64,000 nucleotides of DNA from Gracilinanus agilis (taxonomy: Eukaryota), in the NCBI RefSeq assembly GCF_016433145.1, contig NC_058131.1, forward strand, positions 485,468,888 through 485,532,887. Direction: 5' to 3'. Under the pieces are notes generated by a model. It saw only the letters and a list, made by a program, of their open reading frames with translations, ran no database searches and was not told where the DNA came from. The position numbers and the translations under genes are program-made. This document shows positions 61,171-64,000 of the stretch, in pieces (the stretch's first letter is position 1; each line of letters opens with the position of its first letter).

Positions 61171-62489
61171 TAGGTTTAGAAGACCTTTCAGGTTTCCATA
61201 GTTGGCTTTCAAATATGACTGGAATTAATTTCACTTGATATAAATTCTAATCTTTAAAACTTTGGACAAGATTATGGAATCTGAACATCATCTTCCTCTA
61301 AATTGAGGAAACTTTATGTATTTGTTCATAAATAAGAATGTTAGTATAATACACAAATTCTCCAACCTATCATAATTCTACTTATAAAAACATAGTAGAC
61401 ATAGGATATCAATAGGTCCTTACTTTAGTGGACTGAATAATTACTTAAGTTTTGGCTATGAAAACATTGTGAGTTGGTCAGTTTCTCCTGGAGTTGGGTC
61501 AGTTCAGGTTGCCCAATAGCTTGAGGGTAGGGATGGGGTTTTCTCTGTATGGGTGCTAATTCTTTTATTCATATATTTCCCAGGACCATTTCTGGAAGTT
61601 AGTGGTGTGTGTGTGGATGTGTGTTCATTTGTTTGTTTGTTTTTTGGGTCTGGTATCATAGGACAGGGTGACAAATTAGCCAACACAAATCCTTCTTTTA
61701 AATTTTTTTGGAATCTCATTCTAACAATCAGTTTGATTTGTTAAACCTGTGTGGGTATTAAGTGAAAAAAGAGCTTAGAGGGAACATTTTGAGGTACTCG
61801 TGGGAAGTTCTCCATTTCCACCCTTGGACCTTCCTTGTTGTAAAGGGGAACTGGAGGTTATTGGCCACTGAATATGAGTATATATGGATAGTCCTTGTTT
61901 AGTGCTGACATTGTTAGGGAAGCTGTGGATCCCACTGGCTATTGAAGCCCTTGACTATATAAATTATCAGCATTTACTGTTACTATGACTCAGTTAAGCT
62001 TCATATGACCATTAAATTAAATGTAAAAGAAAAAAATGTTGTTACACTTGAAGTCAGAGGACTTGGGTTCAAATCCCAGCACTGCCATTTTATTACTCAT
62101 GTAACTTTTGGCAGACCACTTTCTTTGGAGTACAGTTTCTTCATTGTAAGCTAAAGTGGTTGGTCTAGGTAACTTTTGAGGTCACTTACCTTAATCTATG
62201 ATACTATGAACTCCATAGTGAGTCTTGAATAAAGATCATGGGGGTGTGGAATATGGCAATATGAGGGTGCTTATCATTCTAGAAGACTCATAAGCAAGGA
62301 AGTAGTGGTATTTTGATGTGTGCATAGGAGCAATTATTTCTTGTTTCAATATGGCATGGGGCAGGAGAGAAGAGTAAGGAAACCTGATTCCTATGCAAGG
62401 AGATCAGAGAGACAAAGTGGCATGGGTTCACTAAATATAACATTATGAGCTTGGCAAGCCTTTGCAACAGAGGTTCTAGTCTTCCCTGT

Positions 62490-63010
62490 ACACTCCGTAT
62501 ATCCTTTTTAAGGGCTGTCCTAGTCCTTTTGTGTCCACCTGCCAATCAGCTCTCACTTGTGGTTCTAGGAAGCTTTATCTTCTCATCTGGCCACACCCAG
62601 GCAAGCCATCTCAGCGGGTAGGCTAAACCAGGTTGAGAGTAACCAATAGGTCTCAAACTTGTCTGTGAGTTGGGCAGGAATCTATCCCAGGCATGTTAAG
62701 ATTTCTTCTTATGGAAGGGGTAGATGAGAACATTTTTTTCCAATGCCCACGAAGGTGATGGAAACAAGTACTATGGAGCACTTAGAGCTTGCTTAGACAT
62801 CAAAGAAGTCAAGGTCATCCTGTGCATCCTGGGTCATCCCCAGTCGTCTTGACTTTGTCTCGCCACTGGACTTTGATATCTCTGGAAGAGAGACTGAGGC
62901 TGACAAGTTTTTGCAACTCTGCCTCACTTAAATCCAATTCATATGCAAGTCAAAAGTCATCACCAGTGATGTCATTTTGGTCCTTTTCAAGTAAACATGA
63001 AGGACAACAA
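62490..63010 (+). mobile_element. marsupial RTE-related SINE (WALLSI/RTESINE-like)
   Basis: tgtccacctg...ctcacttgtgg...ggctaaaccaggttgagag...ctcgccactggactttgatatctctggaagagag...gaaggacaacaac. Confidence 0.75.
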
Positions 63011-64000
63011 CCACAACACTCTCCTTACTCATTTCCAGGTGGTGACCTGATCTGTTTTCTCAGTCTCCTAGTTTCCTTCCTCTTCTCTATGCCCTTGATT
63101 GAATGTGAGATGGCTCATTTTATAGTCCACTCCTCTGATTTTACTCCTGGACCATATACCATTACCCTTTCATTTTGGAGGAGCTAATTAAGTGGGGAGA
63201 GAAGAGGCTGCATCAGTTTCCCATGGTGTCCTTGGTGCTCTTGGTCTTCTTCAAAGTATCCAGTGTGGAAGTCTTGGTGACATAGTTTTGGGAGCAGAGG
63301 ACTTGAATCTTTTCATATCTGACTTGAGTTATTGCAATGTCTTTCTGTTCTATGCAATTGGAAACCGGTGTAGCATTTTGTGTAATGATTGATAGTGTAA
63401 AAAAGGAGGATTCTCTGCCTGTACCCTTTTCAATCTTCTTATCTTGTGGTACATGGAACATTTGACTAGGGATTTACTCCCTTTTCCTCATGAAAAATCA
63501 GACATGGTATTAGGGCACTTAGAAGGTGCTGATGGAAAAGGAAATGCACATAAGGGAATATTTAGCTGTCTAAAAGGATCAGAGAGTTGAAGGAGAACCC
63601 CAAAGATCAACTTATTCAGCTCTCTGCCTCTGAGATTAACTAAGTCATCTCACATGGATGAACCCAGTTGATGAAGTTCTCTGGAGGAGAACCTATGCCC
63701 TATTCTTTGCAACATGTTGGAATATATGTTGAATAAGTTGAATAGTTGGATCCCAGAAGCTGAATAATTGAATAAGTTGAGTAGTTGAATCTCATAAGTT
63801 GAATCCCAAAAGGATTTGTCATGCTTTTTATTTTATGAGGAGAGATGTGGCATGGGATATGTGTATGCATGCCTGTGGTGAATGGAGGATATGAGCTGAG
63901 GACTATTTAAAATTGCCTTTATAGGCAGCAGAGGGAACTGATGCCTATAAGCTCCTGAGATAGTAAAGAGATAAAAGGAAGAAAAATTCTTTTTTGGAGA

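Noticed and set aside
1-64000. RSX-like tandem-repeat lncRNA, microRNA hairpins, CRISPR or other prokaryotic systems
   Set aside because: No long tandem array and no mature miRNA sequence that I recognise; the DNA is clearly marsupial.

Overview
Marsupial genomic DNA, most likely the opossum Monodelphis domestica or a close didelphid. The evidence is the many SINE1_Mdo-type, Mar1-type and RTE-related SINEs, opossum-type L1 3' ends, strong CpG depletion and two N gaps. The window is AT-rich and dense in transposable elements. I recognise no intact protein-coding exon, tRNA, rRNA or other known RNA gene. The ORFs in the track are retroelement relics or chance ORFs. Highlights: (1) a fragmented but largely traceable Dong/R4-clade (Mam_R4-like) non-LTR retrotransposon fossil at ~19.3-25.9 kb, with N-terminal, RT, CCHC and restriction-like endonuclease motifs, interrupted by L2, Tigger, hAT, SINE and L1 insertions; (2) an L3/CR1 relic retaining ORF1 esterase and ORF2 endonuclease motifs at ~40.6-44.1 kb; (3) a clean solo LTR with a 4-bp TSD and an internal splice donor; (4) a near-canonical REST/NRSF RE1 site at 1487-1507; (5) a ~6 kb transposon-free, CpG-retaining block at 53.2-59 kb with TATA+Inr, a GA-repeat first-exon candidate and a strong donor, which looks like the 5' end of an unidentified, possibly neuronal, gene; (6) several other repeat-free CpG-retaining patches and exon-like units. 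Repeat family names come from recalled consensus similarity, not a database search. Repeat boundaries are approximate (about +/-20 bp) unless a TSD or TIR is quoted.
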